From positions 44,578,001 to 44,642,000 of the forward strand of contig JAGIQG010000008.1 in NCBI GenBank assembly GCA_024679065.1: a stretch of DNA of 64,000 nucleotides, read 5' to 3'. Positions 52,290 through 64,000 of this stretch are shown here, piece by piece. The notes beneath the pieces were generated by a model. It searched no databases. It worked only from the letters and a program-made list of their open reading frames with translations, and had not been told where the DNA came from. The stretch's first letter is position 1, and every line of letters begins with the position of its first letter. The stretch is from Sphyrna mokarran. Lineage: Eukaryota. Made by a program: the position numbers and the translations under genes.

Positions 52290-54250
52290 TGGCCATAATT
52301 CTAAGAGAGCAAAAAATGCTAAAAAACAAGCCTGAAGGCTCTGTGGCTCAATGTGAGAAGCATTTGTTATAAAGTGGATGAATTAACTGTATAGCCATTC
52401 GTTAATGGATATGATGCAGTTGGGAGCACGGAGGCCCGGCCCCAAAGTGACCAGGGTCAGGAAATCAAACCTTGAAGGGTATTCAATAGGAAAAGAAAGG
52501 GGGTGGCGTAGCGTTATAGAGGAAATTAATGCAGTTGTAAGGGAGGACATTAGCCTGGATAATGTGGAATCTGAATGGGTAGAGCTGCAGAACACCAAGG
52601 GCTAAAAAGTGAGTGGGAGTTGTGTACTGACCACCAAACAGTAGTAGAGGTTGGGGATGGCATCAAGCGTGGAATAAGAAACGCGTGCAGTACAGATACA
52701 ACAATTATCATGGGTGACTTCAAACTACATGTTGATTGGGCTCACCAAACCCTTGCAATGCGATGGAGGAAGATTACCTGGAATATATAAGGGATGGTTT
52801 TCTCAACCAATATGTTGAGAACCAACTAGAGAGAAGGCCACGCTAGACTGGAGATTGTGTATTGAAAGAGGATGAATTGACATCCTCATGGTGCGAGATG
52901 GGAAGAGTGACCATAATATGATAGAATTCTTCATTCAGATGGAGCATGGCACAATTAAGCCTGAGAATAGAATCCTGAACTTGACGAAAGCTAACTTTGA
53001 TGGTATGAGATGTGCATTCGCAAGGATAAGCTGGCAAAGGATATTTAAAGGGTTGACTGTGGCCATAGCAGACGTCTAATGAACACATGGAGGAACTTCA
53101 ACAGCTGGACATCCCTGTCTGGTGTAAGAGTAATTGGGGAAGGTTGCTCATTCATGGCTAACAAGGGAAATCCCAAATAGTATTGAAGTCAAAGAGGAGG
53201 CATATAATTTGGCCAGAAAAGGCAGCAACAGGGAGCAGAGTGGCAGGAGTGACTAGTACCACAGGTTTCAGTGCTGGGACCTCAGCTATTGACAACATAC
53301 ATTAATGACTTGGACAAAGGAATTGAATGTAGTATCTCAAAATTTGCAGATGACACTAAGCTGGGTGGCAGTTTGTGCTGTGAAGAGGGTGCTAAGAGGT
53401 CACAGGGTAACTTGGAAGGTTAACTGAGTCGGAAAATACTTGGTAAATGTAATATAATGTGGATAAGTGTGAGGCTATCCACTTTGATGGCACAGGAAAA
53501 AAGATTATTTTCTGAATGGTGGTAGTTTAAGAAAAGGGAAAGTGCAATGTGATCTGGGTGTCATAATATAATAGTCGCTGAAAGGTGGCATGCAGGTACA
53601 GCAGGCAGTGAGGAAAATTAATGGCATGCTGGCCTATAGCAAGAGGATTTGACTATAAGAGTAAGATGTCTTGCTGCAGTTATACAGGGCCTTGGTAAGA
53701 TCACACTTGAATATTGTGTGCATTTTGGTCTTTTAGTTTGAGGAAGGACATTCTTGTTATTGAGGAAGTTCAGTGAAGGCTCACCAGACTGATTCTTGGA
53801 ACGGCAGGATTGATACATAAAGAGAGACTAAATCAACTGGGCTTGTACTCACTGAAATTTAGAATGAGAGGGTGCCTCATAGAAGCATATAAAATCCTGA
53901 TAAGGCTGGACAGGCTAGATGTGGGAAGAATGTTCCCGATGTTGGAGAAGTGCAAAACTAGGGATCACAGTCTAAGAATGAGGGGTAATCCATTCAGTTC
54001 TATGAGGAAGAACTTCTTCACTCAGACAGTTGTGAATGTGTGGAATTCTCTATCACAGAAAGCTGTTGAGCCAGCTTGTTGGATACAATTGGGGAGGAGC
54101 TGGTTGTGGCCCTCAGAGCTAAAGGTATCAAGGGAATAGAAAGAAAGAGGGAGCGGGATACTGAAAGTTTATAATTAACGATGATCATATCGAATGATAG
54201 TGCAGGCTTGGATGCCCGAATGGTCCACTCCTGCACCTAATTTCTATGTT
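52290..54250 (+). mobile_element. Internally deleted CR1 LINE (endonuclease plus RT C-terminus)
   Basis: APE motifs LNVRSI..KVDEL, IMGDF..VDW and GKSDHNMIEF. Jump at about 53230 to RT motifs SVLGPQL..YINDL and SKFADDTKLGG. 3' end intact. Confidence 0.9.
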
Positions 54251-54504
54251 GCTATGAGACAGAGAGAGAGAGAGAGAGATAGAAAGAGAAGACTTTTAGG
54301 GAAGCAATTCCGTGTCTTACAGCCTTGGCAGCGAAAGGCATTTGCCACCAACTGAAATAAGAGATGCACAAGAGGTTAAAATTGAAGATCCCAGTTTTAA
54401 ATACACACATATGAACCATAGGAAATTTTAATTTCAAACAGAGCTACTTCACTGATGATTTTCTGTACCCCTCAGGGGATGTACTCTTTGTATTAAAGTT
54501 TGAA

Positions 54505-54770
54505 GTTTATTTATTAATGTTACAAGTTGGTTTGCATTAATACGGTAATGATGTTACTTTGAAAATCCCCTGGACGCCAACTCCAGCACCTGTCCAATGC
54601 ACCTAACCAGCATGTTTTTCGGATTGTGAGAGGAAACCAGAACGTCTACAGGAAACCCATGTAAACATGGGAAGAATGTGCAAACTCCACACAAATAGTG
54701 ACACAATCTAGGAATCGAATCCAGGTCCGTGGTGTTGTGAGGCAGCAGTGCTAACCACTGTGCCACCCCC
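54505..54770 (-). mobile_element. tRNA-derived V-SINE, second subfamily
   Basis: Reverse A/B boxes (gtggcacagtggttagcactgctgcctcac..gattcgattcc). Homologous to 61750-62020. Confidence 0.88.
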
Positions 54771-57700
54771 ATTTTTGATGGAATTCGCATTTGATGGAAT
54801 CTGTAGTTGGTGAGCTCTTATCAGTATCTCATCTAGCTACCATATTCTGAGTGTACACAATTGGACTTTGCAACCAAACAGATATGACAGTCAAATGTTA
54901 CCCATCCTCATTGAACATCCACACACCCGCAGTCAGGAGCAGGAAGCCTGATGGATTTCCTAACTGTGAGGTCTCAGACCAATTGTAAAGAAAAGTACGA
55001 AATAAACCACATTCATGTAGCAGCTTTTACAACCTCAGAGCATCCCAAAGCACTTCATAGCCAATGAAATATTTTTTGAATTTAAGTTACCGTTGTAATG
55101 CAGGGAACACAATGGCTGGAACTTTCAGCCTTCACGCTAGCACATCCTCTGGTCCCATCAATGGTGCAACCCAAGGTGAGTGTGCATTCAAAGGAAAACC
55201 CCACTGATAATGGCGGGATCAGAAGATCTTGCCATCAGCCAATGGCAGACAGCCTTCTGCTGTGGCGCAACACACTGCGGGTTGGTTGGTAAATCCCACC
55301 CAATGAATTTGTGCTCAGTAGGTATCTATTAACAGTAATAAATAGTGACCAAATAACATATATACTCACGTAAAAGTCAAAATTTTGAGACCTGGAGTTG
55401 ACTTTTACACAGTCATGTTTTTGAGGAGTTGACATGTATGCCTGATTTGGGCCAGGTTGAATGGACAAGGTGACCTCTAGTGGTTAGGAAGCTTAAGTTT
55501 TGCCAAATTAATTTAAGTACTTTTTACCCCATTATAAAAGGGAGCTGAAATCTATTAAACAAACTTTCCAAACTCCCTGCTCAGTATTCTTAACAATATT
55601 CTACTTTTGTAAACCTAGCTTGTAACTGTACTTCTACTTCAATTTATAAAAATCTCCTTCCTTCCTTCTAATCTTTGAATGATGTGTCAGTGGATCCACT
55701 GTCTACTCTTGGACTATGCAAAGTTCCTGACAATATTTCTTTCATATTGAAAATAAAATAAAGCAGCGTTTAGAATCTCTGCTACTGAGCTATAATTGAA
55801 ATCAGTTTTTTTGCAACTTCTGTAACAACTAGGATTTATTTTTGCTATTGTTACCAGAGAAGTGAAGTAACTGATGAGTTACTTTCACTCCTGCCTTTCC
55901 ACTTATAGTTCAAGGTTGTGAGTCTCTGATCAGTGCCCAGAAGAGATGGCCTGCCATTTTCCCATTGGGATGGAAGTATTGTTGATCAAGTCACACACAT
56001 GAGCTTCGCCCAAGTACTGGTATTGCAAATCCCTGAAGTGAAATGATGCATAAAGTAATCTAATGAATTTCTGAAGGCACTGGCTGATTTTATAAAAAGC
56101 AATGAAGAAAGGTAGGTTTGACTCTCAACTTGTGTCAAGTTAGTTGCAATTGATCAGGTATGAATAATTGGCCCTAGGATTCCTGAGCTAAGGAAAAGAG
56201 GTTCATGCTCACAATCTCGGTCTAGTGATTCCCACCAAAAAGTTAACATGAGAACACACAATCAAACTTAAACATTTCATCTCCCACGGCAGAAAGCCTT
56301 CCAGAATTTGCTTCCCTGAATAACTGTGAACTGTAGTTACTTGATTGAGGTGGGTGGAGTGCTGCTGCAGTTATCAAACTATAATCAGACTAAAGGGTTT
56401 ACTCCTTCAGGAGAGAAGATTGGAAAAGTAAAGGGGCTTAAAAAATAAACAACCATAAAAAGGGCAGATATATTTGAATATTAGAATATCACTGCACAGA
56501 GTTACCACCATTATCTGGAAAACATGAAAGCAGAGATTTTTTGATGATTAAATGGATTGTTGGCAAGCACTTATCAAACACAGAGGTTGGATTATTTGAC
56601 CAGCTAAGAAGATTGTATTTAAAGGATAATCTAGTCCCACACTTTCATAATAATAATAAAAAATTAGTCTGATTACAGCATCTGTCAAAAATCTACTTTA
56701 ATATTTTATAAAAATAATTAATTATAAATTGGTGTTGCATCTTTGGCTTCCATTTTGGTATATGGGTAAATATAGTGCAACAAATGAGGAACAATTCCTG
56801 CAGATTTAGACAAACCACAGGTAATAGTCAAATATCATCATCCTTAACACAAAGCTTTGCTGCACAAGTTAGAATATTCTAGCAAAGAATTAATAGTTTG
56901 AAATGTCTCAGTGCAGTGAATACAAGTCATCCTGTCATAATAACTATCACCAATTTTCTGAGGGGGTCACCCAAGGTTAAGTGGTTATAGTGATACAAAT
57001 GTATTTTAAAGCTGTGTAAGCCTTTGCTTAAAGGCACAGGTTTGTCACCTTTCAATGGTGAAAGTTATCACAAGATGCAAAGAAACGGTTTATTTTATTT
57101 AGAAAGCATGTCATTCTGTCAATCATTGTCGACCTGCTTGGTCAAAGTAGATTGATGAGGTTGAAACAAGCATGTGAAAGCAGAGCAAGTGATACCATCA
57201 GATCAAAAGGATCTGGGTATTGTATCAAAACAATTAAATAAATATGACCTGAATTAGTGAGTAACATCTCTGTGATGTCCCCGCGCAGACATGATGGCAG
57301 TGTGTCACCTCCTTTCAGCTCAAAGACCGACATAAGATGGTAATTTCTGACTACTGTTCACCCTGTTCATGAGTTGTCAGAGCAGATTGGAGTCAACGCA
57401 GAAATGTCGGAGGATTCTGTCATAATCAGGCTCACTCTAGTGGATGACAGTTCGAAGTTACAGTTGCCAAGAGCCAATTAAGGTTACATAAGATGACAGG
57501 TGAGAAAGGTAAGCCAGGAAGATGTCACTTTTGACAACCTGCACTTGAAACAAATATTAGTAAACGGTTGAGAACCTGTCACTTCAGCTACTGCTTTTAA
57601 TAACCGCTCAGACAAGTGCTGTCATGTCACATAAGGAAATCAAAGTTTCTGTAATGGAAACTATGGAACATGGCTGCATTATTTACAAAGCAAAATTTAT

Positions 57701-57824
57701 ATTCGATGCCCAGAGATGTTTGTGTGTGGTGCTTTTAATGGGAAAGGAGAGGAAGGGGATTTTAAGTTGAAGTAAACTGAGTTAGATAAAAGAAAAGGAA
57801 GAAAGGCTTGTTAAATAGGCGAAT

Positions 57825-59020
57825 TAGAAGCAAGATTAGGCCACTCAGCCCGTTGAGCCCGCTCCATCATTCATTAAGATAATGGCTGATCTGACTGTAA
57901 CCCTAATGCCACATTCCTGTCTAACCTTAATAAACTTCTTGCTTATCAAGAACCTATCCATATTTGCTTTCCGTTCCAAAGACTCACAACCTTCCGAGAA
58001 AAAAAAGTTTCTCCTCTTTTCTGGCCTAAATATCAACTCTTTAATTTAAACAATGACCTCTAGTACTAGATTCTTCCACAACAGGACATATCCTCTTCAC
58101 AACGACCTGTCAAGACCCCTCAGGGTCTTCTATGTTTCAATCATGTCATCTCTACTCTTCGAGACTCCAACAGATACATGTTTTCCTTGATAAGACAACC
58201 CACCAATCCAGGTAGTAGTCTGATAAGCCTTCTCTGAACTGTTTCTAATGCACTTACATCTTTATTTAAATAAGGAGATCAATACTGTACACAATACTCC
58301 AAATGTGGTCTCACCAACCCTCTCTACAACAGAAGCATAACCCCTTACCTTTGTATTCAATTCCTTTGTAATAAATGATAACATTCTGTTAACATTCCGA
58401 ATTATTTTCTGTATCTGCATGCAAGCCTTTTGCAGTTCATGCACCAGGACATCCACATTCCTGTGCGACTGAGTTCTGCAATCTCTCATCTTTGAGATAA
58501 TACACTTCTTTTTAATGTTTCCTGCTAAAATGGTCAATTTCCCTTTTTCCCACATTATACTCCATTTGTCAGATTTTTGCCCAATTGCTTAATTTATTTG
58601 TATCCCTCTTTACCCCTCCATGAAAACTTCACATCTTACTATCTTGCCTGCTATCTTTGGTCGTCAGCAAATTTAGCAATCATACCTTTGGTCCTTCAAC
58701 CTAATAATTGATAGAAATTGTAAAAACACTGATCATTGTGACATGACTCTTATTACATCTTGTGAAACAGAAAAAAGACCCTCTTTTCTCTTAATCAGCC
58801 AATCTTCTATCTATGCCCCTAAACCAGAAGCATTTATTTTTTGTACTAACCTTTGATGTGGCACTTGATCAAATGCCTTCTGGAAATTTAAATACAGTAT
58901 TTCCACTGGTTCCCCTTTATCAACAGCACATGTACTTCTTCAAAGGACTCCAATAAATTAGACATGATATCCCTTCCACAAAACCATGTTGACTCTGCCC
59001 GATTATCCTAATTTTTTCCA
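57825..59020 (-). mobile_element. CR1 LINE RT/3' fragment
   Basis: SQHGFVEGISCL, DFQKAFDQVPHQRL-like and AKFADD motifs on the minus strand, and a CR1 3' end at about 57830. Confidence 0.88.
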
Positions 59021-59034
59021 AATTGTCTGCTATT

Positions 59035-59800
59035 TGGGGGGCTGGGGCGGGGAGGTGGTGGAGATTCTCCCATTGTGAACCCACTAATTTTTTGTGGGTT
59101 CCTTCGGAAGATGCACGCGTGTGTCGATTCATGGGATTCGTCTGTGTTCCGGATACATGCGCATTTCTCGTCTCTGGAAATCAGGCACGGTCAGGACCAC
59201 GCAGGAAACCTCTGGGAAGACCAGGTAAGTACTTTAAATCTTTTTTTAATATAATTATCAAACCCCAGACTAAATTCTCTGGGCCTGATAGCATCTCCCT
59301 CTCCACCAGTGCAATTTTATTCTGGCTGGGTTTGAAGTAGCTCCCCACTATTGGGGAACTAGCGGGAGATTCCACTGGATGAAGGAGAGGCAATAGGGCC
59401 CCCCAGTGGGTTAGGCCGCAGGTAGGGTGGTGTCCCACTGGCATGGGAACCCTGGCATTGCCCATATGCCCCTGGACATACTGCCCATGTTCAGGGGCAC
59501 TATAGCACTGCCCATCAGACATGCCAAGGGGCAGTGGCTTATTGGCTACAGGGCATAAAGAAGGGTAATTGGTGGGGTGAGGTTCCCACTGTCACTCCAC
59601 CATTTGAATCCGGACTGGAGAGAGGCCAGCGATTGCGGTGGGCTTAGGGGTGTCTGTCTCCTATCAGGATGGGGGGGGGTGTCTGCCAGGTTAGGAGGGT
59701 GGGGACTAGAGATTGGGGTGCTCCGGGATGGGGGGGTGGGGGGCTTGGGGCTGGCCTGGGAATGGTCATGCCTCTCCACTCCCCCTCCACTGTCCTGAGT
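59035..59800. mobile_element. MITE-like element, same family as 31020-32056
   Basis: Shared internal blocks and G-rich 3' part. Confidence 0.65.
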
Positions 59801-60689
59801 TTTAATGATATTTATGATTTTAGTTTCTGCATTGCACAGAGTGGGGGAGATCTGTGTTAGAACAATCATGATTTATACCATTTTTCCTACAAATACAGCA
59901 TTTCAAACTTTTTTGGGAGAATTGGAATCCTTGATAGGGGATATATTTCAAGATATCTGCTTTTTGCTCAAGGTTCCTGCTTTTTGTTTCCTTCCGTTTT
60001 TGGATACAGACCACATTTCACAACTAGGATGTCTCATTCCTGTCTGCAGTCAACTTCTGAAGTATAGTTACTGCTGAAATGTAAACAACTGCAATGTCAG
60101 GACAGCACACATTTGCAGTTATCTTAAGTTCAACAAAATAGTTTTGGAAGTGAGAGTTAGTTATTATGGCAGTGTTTCTGAATATGGCTGCACTGATGGT
60201 GGAAAGTCCAGGCAGGCTAAGCAGAGCCTGCCAAGAGTGTACACTTGGAGCTTGCCCATCACAGTTTTTCTGTCATGTAAAATCATGGTGAGTACTCTGA
60301 TTATTTGCTTCTGTGGATGGATCTCTCCATTAATAAAGAACGTTCCAATGATGTGCCTAAATATCTCCACTTTCTTACCCATTTTTATTGTCTCAAACTC
60401 AACTTCTTTGATGGTCTCCTTCCCAATATTTGGAACACCACCATTCGGAAACTCCAGTTCACTCAGACACCTGACATCGCTAAAAGAGTAGTGTGTCATG
60501 CCATCCAGTTTTAGATTCACTTTTGCCTGTGAGCAGAACACAGCTCTGCTGCTATCTTTAGTTCCCTCGTGTTCCCATGTGCCAAGTTTAAATAAATGAA
60601 TCTACGATGTGCTTATCCAAACCCTTAAGATTGACTGCTACCCTTATATCATTATAACGATACACCAATGGCATCCTCTCCCTTACTAG

Positions 60690-61320
60690 AGTCATAGAGG
60701 TTTATAGCATGGAAACAGGCCCTTTGGTCCAAGTTGTCTATGCTGCCCTTTTTTTTAAACCCCTAAGTTAGTCCCAACTGCCCACATTTGGCTCATATCC
60801 CTCTATATTAATTTTACCCATGTAACTCTCTAAATGCTTTTTAAAAGACAAAATTGTACCCGCCTCTACTATTATCTCTGGCAGCTTCTTCCAATCACTC
60901 GCAACCATCTGTGTGGAAAAAATGCTCTTCAGGACCCTTTTGTATTTTTCCCCTCTCACTTTAAACCTATGCCCTCTAGTTTTAGACTTCCCTAACTTGA
61001 GAAAAGATATTGACTATCTAGCTGATCAATGTCCCACATTATTTTATAGACTTCTATAAGATTACCTCTAAGCCTCCTACGTTTCAGAGAAAAAAGTCCC
61101 AGTCTATCCAGTCTGTCTCCTTATAATTCAAACTATCAAGTCCTAGTAGCATCCTAGTAAATATTTTCTGTACTCTTTGATGTTTAATAATATCCTTTCT
61201 ATAATAGGGTGACCAGAATGGTACACAGTACTCCAAGTATGGTGTTACTAATGTCTTATACAACTTTGAGATGTCCCAGCTCCTGTATTCGATAACATAA
61301 CCAATGAAACCAAGCATCCC
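60690..61320 (-). mobile_element. CR1 LINE 3' end
   Basis: LYKTLVTPYLEYCVPFWSPYYRKDII and W..LPEIIVEAGTILSFKKHL. Confidence 0.9.
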
Positions 61321-61329
61321 AGTCCTTAA

Positions 61330-63000
61330 CAAAACCGTCCATGATCCAGCTGTACATTATTCTCAAAATTCTATCTCATGGACTAGCTGTGATGTTCCAT
61401 CCTTGATTCTGGCTTCATGTGTCTCCCTTCAGTAATAAATGAGCTGAGGCAAAGTCAGGCAATGTTGTAGAGTTAGAAACAGGTAGTCTTAGTAATGATC
61501 TGGTAATGGCTTGAAAGCCTGTCTCAGGGTCAAATATTGCACTAAGGTTGCAAACTGTTTGTTTCATATTTCAGACAGTTGCCAGAGAGAAGGATGGAGT
61601 CAATAGGTAGGGAATGGCATTTTCTCGCACGGACCAAAGGCAATGGTTTTGGGGTCCCAGTATTCAATTGCAGAAAATTCATACACATCCAATACTTGAA
61701 CAAAAATTCTGATAACATAAAGATAGAGGAGGAGATGAGAGAGGTTTAGTTTTGTTTATTTATTAGTCATAAGCAGGCTCACATTTACACTGCAATGAAG
61801 TTACTGTGAAAGTCCCCTTGTCGCCACATTCTGGCACCTGCTTGGAAAGAGGGAGAACTTAGTATGACCAGTGCACCTAACTAGCACATCTTTGAGATCG
61901 AGGGAAGAAACTGGAGCACCCCAAGGAAACCCACACAGATAGTGTCCCAAGCCGGGAATCATATCTGGGCCCCAGGTATTGTGAGGCAGCAGTGCTAACC
62001 ACTGTGTCACCATGCTGCCTTGGTAGTGGCTAAGTAGAGCTTAGTGCCATCATCACACACGTAAAAAGACAAACTCTGCTTTCACTCTAAATGGCAGCAT
62101 GTATATGTAAAATAAAAGGAGGCCATAAAAACACCCAAAGCAATAATGCAGTAGGAGGATTGCGGATAATTCTCATTAAGATTCAGTTGACATGAACAGT
62201 TCTATCCAGCCAGACAATGATGGAGGGGAATGGTCTGGTCAATTATATCAAAAGCTGCAGTCGACAATTTGACAGAACAACAAGGAATAACTTACCCATC
62301 TCAGAGTGATATTGAATGTCATTTGTGATTTTGATAGGAGCTATTTGGTCCATGGCTGGGGTGGAAACATGAATGGAGGGACTTAAACATGGAATTCCAG
62401 GAAAATAGAAACAGATTAAGGAGGCAACAACATGTCAGAGAGGAAAGGGTCTTTGGAGATGGTGAGAATTTGCTATGGGAGTCAAGGTCCAGTATTGTGA
62501 AGAAACAGGTGATGATAGTAGATTTGACAATTTCCATCAACTTGAAACTTTGTATCCATAATTACAATCCAGATAATCAAAATCTTAGTGTTGTATTCAA
62601 CCTCTGAGCCCATATATTCTCCATTACAAAGACTACCTACATTCATCTCAACAACTTCACTTATCTATTCAGTTCCTCAACCCATCTGACATTGAAAGCC
62701 TCATCCATGTGATTGTCACATTGGACTATTCCAATATCCTGCTGGGTAGTCTTCTATTATTCAATGAGCTGTAAATTACAGCTCATTTACATTCTGCTGC
62801 CCAGAAGATATCCGTCTGTAATCATACTCTTGCTCATCTACATTGACTTCTAATTCTCCAATGGATTAAATTTGAATTTTCGTCTCTATGTTTGAAGCTC
62901 CAAAATCCCTTACTTCCTTAAGGTCCTCCTCACCATCCAGCCTTTTGACCAAACCTTTGGACATCCCTATAACCTGTTAGTTTTAGCTTGTCATTCATTT
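61330..63000. mobile_element. Decayed L2-like LINE fragments with a nested V-SINE (61750-62020, minus)
   Basis: Minus-strand RT-like remnants at 61330-62520. Plus-strand LIHVIVT.LDYSNILL-type L2 motif at about 62700-62750. Confidence 0.6.
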
Positions 63001-63545
63001 TGATCCAATTACATCTTGGTAGTTCCCTATTACTCATCTTATATTCTTAATAGTTACTTCCTTTGTCTTCTTGGACTACTGACTTTGAATTGTTCAAGGC
63101 CATCTCCAATCAGCACAGTGGGGGATAACCTGTAAACTTGCTGAAAACATGCCTATTTCTCTGCTTTTTTTTAATTGGCCCTTTGCTGCCTAATTTCACA
63201 GTTCCTTTCAAAAGAATTTTGATTCCTTGATGAGATATTGTTCCAGTGATGCTGGTTGGCCTACATTAGACAAGTGGTCATTCTTTATCAGTGAACCTTG
63301 ACAGAGAGTATCAATAGACTACAGGATACTATATTTTGTTATTGATTACTATCACTGCTTTCTACTTGTCACTGCGCAATATTAAGCACCCACTATCCAC
63401 ATTGAATGTAAATGAATAAAAGAATACAGCTGAATGATCAATCAGATATAAAAGGATTGAAAAAGCTCAAGCCCTTTGTTCTCCTGGGACTGTGTCACTC
63501 TTTTGCACATTATCTTGTCTATTGAACTTTAGTTTTTAAAATCAC

Positions 63546-63733
63546 CTGTTGCCATGGACGTGAGAGGCACAGAAAGCAAAGCTATAATGCAGCAGTGTTG
63601 GATCGATCATGGTGCCACCTTCTGCCCGTTCTATCAATTCCTTGAGATAGCAGAGGTGGCGATGACAGCCTCGCAACCCATAGCGGGAACAGTACTCGTC
63701 CAGAACAAACACTTGGCCAGGGCTAAACCAACC
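63546..63733 (-). CDS. CADPS2: CADPS2 internal coding exon (188 nt)
   Basis: Minus strand cttttag|GGT...AAC AG|gtgat. Translates [62 protein letters not shown](R), a characteristic CAPS segment after the PH domain. Phase 0 to 2. Confidence 0.96.
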
Positions 63734-64000
63734 CTAAAAGGGATAAACAGAACAGAATTCCAAGTTAAAAATTAGAATTAATCTCAGGCATTTTAATGCA
63801 GCTGCATTGTAAATCTGGAGACTCACATTTAAATGGAATAATATCATCACGATCTTAAAGCATATCCTTCAATGTTTTTGACTGGTTGAAGGTTCAAGCC
63901 AGATTAATAATAAATTTTCTTTGTTAATTATTTCATTTTGTTCTCTCTGTGGACCCTCTTTCCAGCTGGGAAGACAAGCATGCTGCTCTTGCTGATGACA

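Noticed and set aside
59668-59760. Functional G-quadruplex sites (also 4368-4420, 24965-25005, 31500-31610)
   Set aside because: The G-runs lie inside dispersed MITE/Harbinger-like repeats, with no evidence of locus-specific function.
46851-63545. A CADPS1-type alternative exon (SQQMH...) between HVHGN and RPDG
   Set aside because: No matching phase 2-2 exon found by eye. A highly diverged one cannot be excluded.
5321-63733. Assignment to CADPS (CAPS1)
   Set aside because: Diagnostic residues ([37 protein letters not shown]) fit CADPS2. A phylogeny would settle it formally.
28-63775. Most ORFs in the six-frame track as independent genes
   Set aside because: They are short, lack coherent domains, and are either LINE fragments, antisense shadows of CADPS2 exons (35942-36139, 63554-63775) or chance ORFs in GC-rich repeats (31359-32119, 59181-59869).

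Overview
Eukaryotic, AT-rich, repeat-dense vertebrate DNA. The repeat content (HE1/V-SINE-like and Deu-SINE-like elements, abundant CR1 LINEs, Penelope-like fragments) points to a cartilaginous fish, most likely a shark; this is an inference. The whole window lies inside one minus-strand gene, CADPS2 (CAPS2, calcium-dependent secretion activator 2). Eight internal coding exons were read by hand with GT-AG boundaries and continuous phase: 63546-63733, 46749-46850, 38540-38603, 35907-36030, an 18-nt microexon at 35535-35552, 14218-14321, a 9-nt microexon at 7717-7725, and 5321-5477. Most are missed by the ORF track. The introns hold decayed LINEs, SINEs, PIF/Harbinger-like and MITE-like elements and probable solo LTRs. 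Structure not explained by these features: an apparently decayed, possibly spliced coding sequence with a 21-nt/7-aa repeat nested in the intron at 1-4132, two G:U-rich RNA-like hairpins (9659-9711 and 48147-48236), a degenerate Penelope-type hammerhead ribozyme, and several repeat-free blocks that look like conserved non-coding elements. No prokaryote-type system (CRISPR, operon) is present. Repeat coordinates are approximate and family calls come from recalled similarity, not from a database search.
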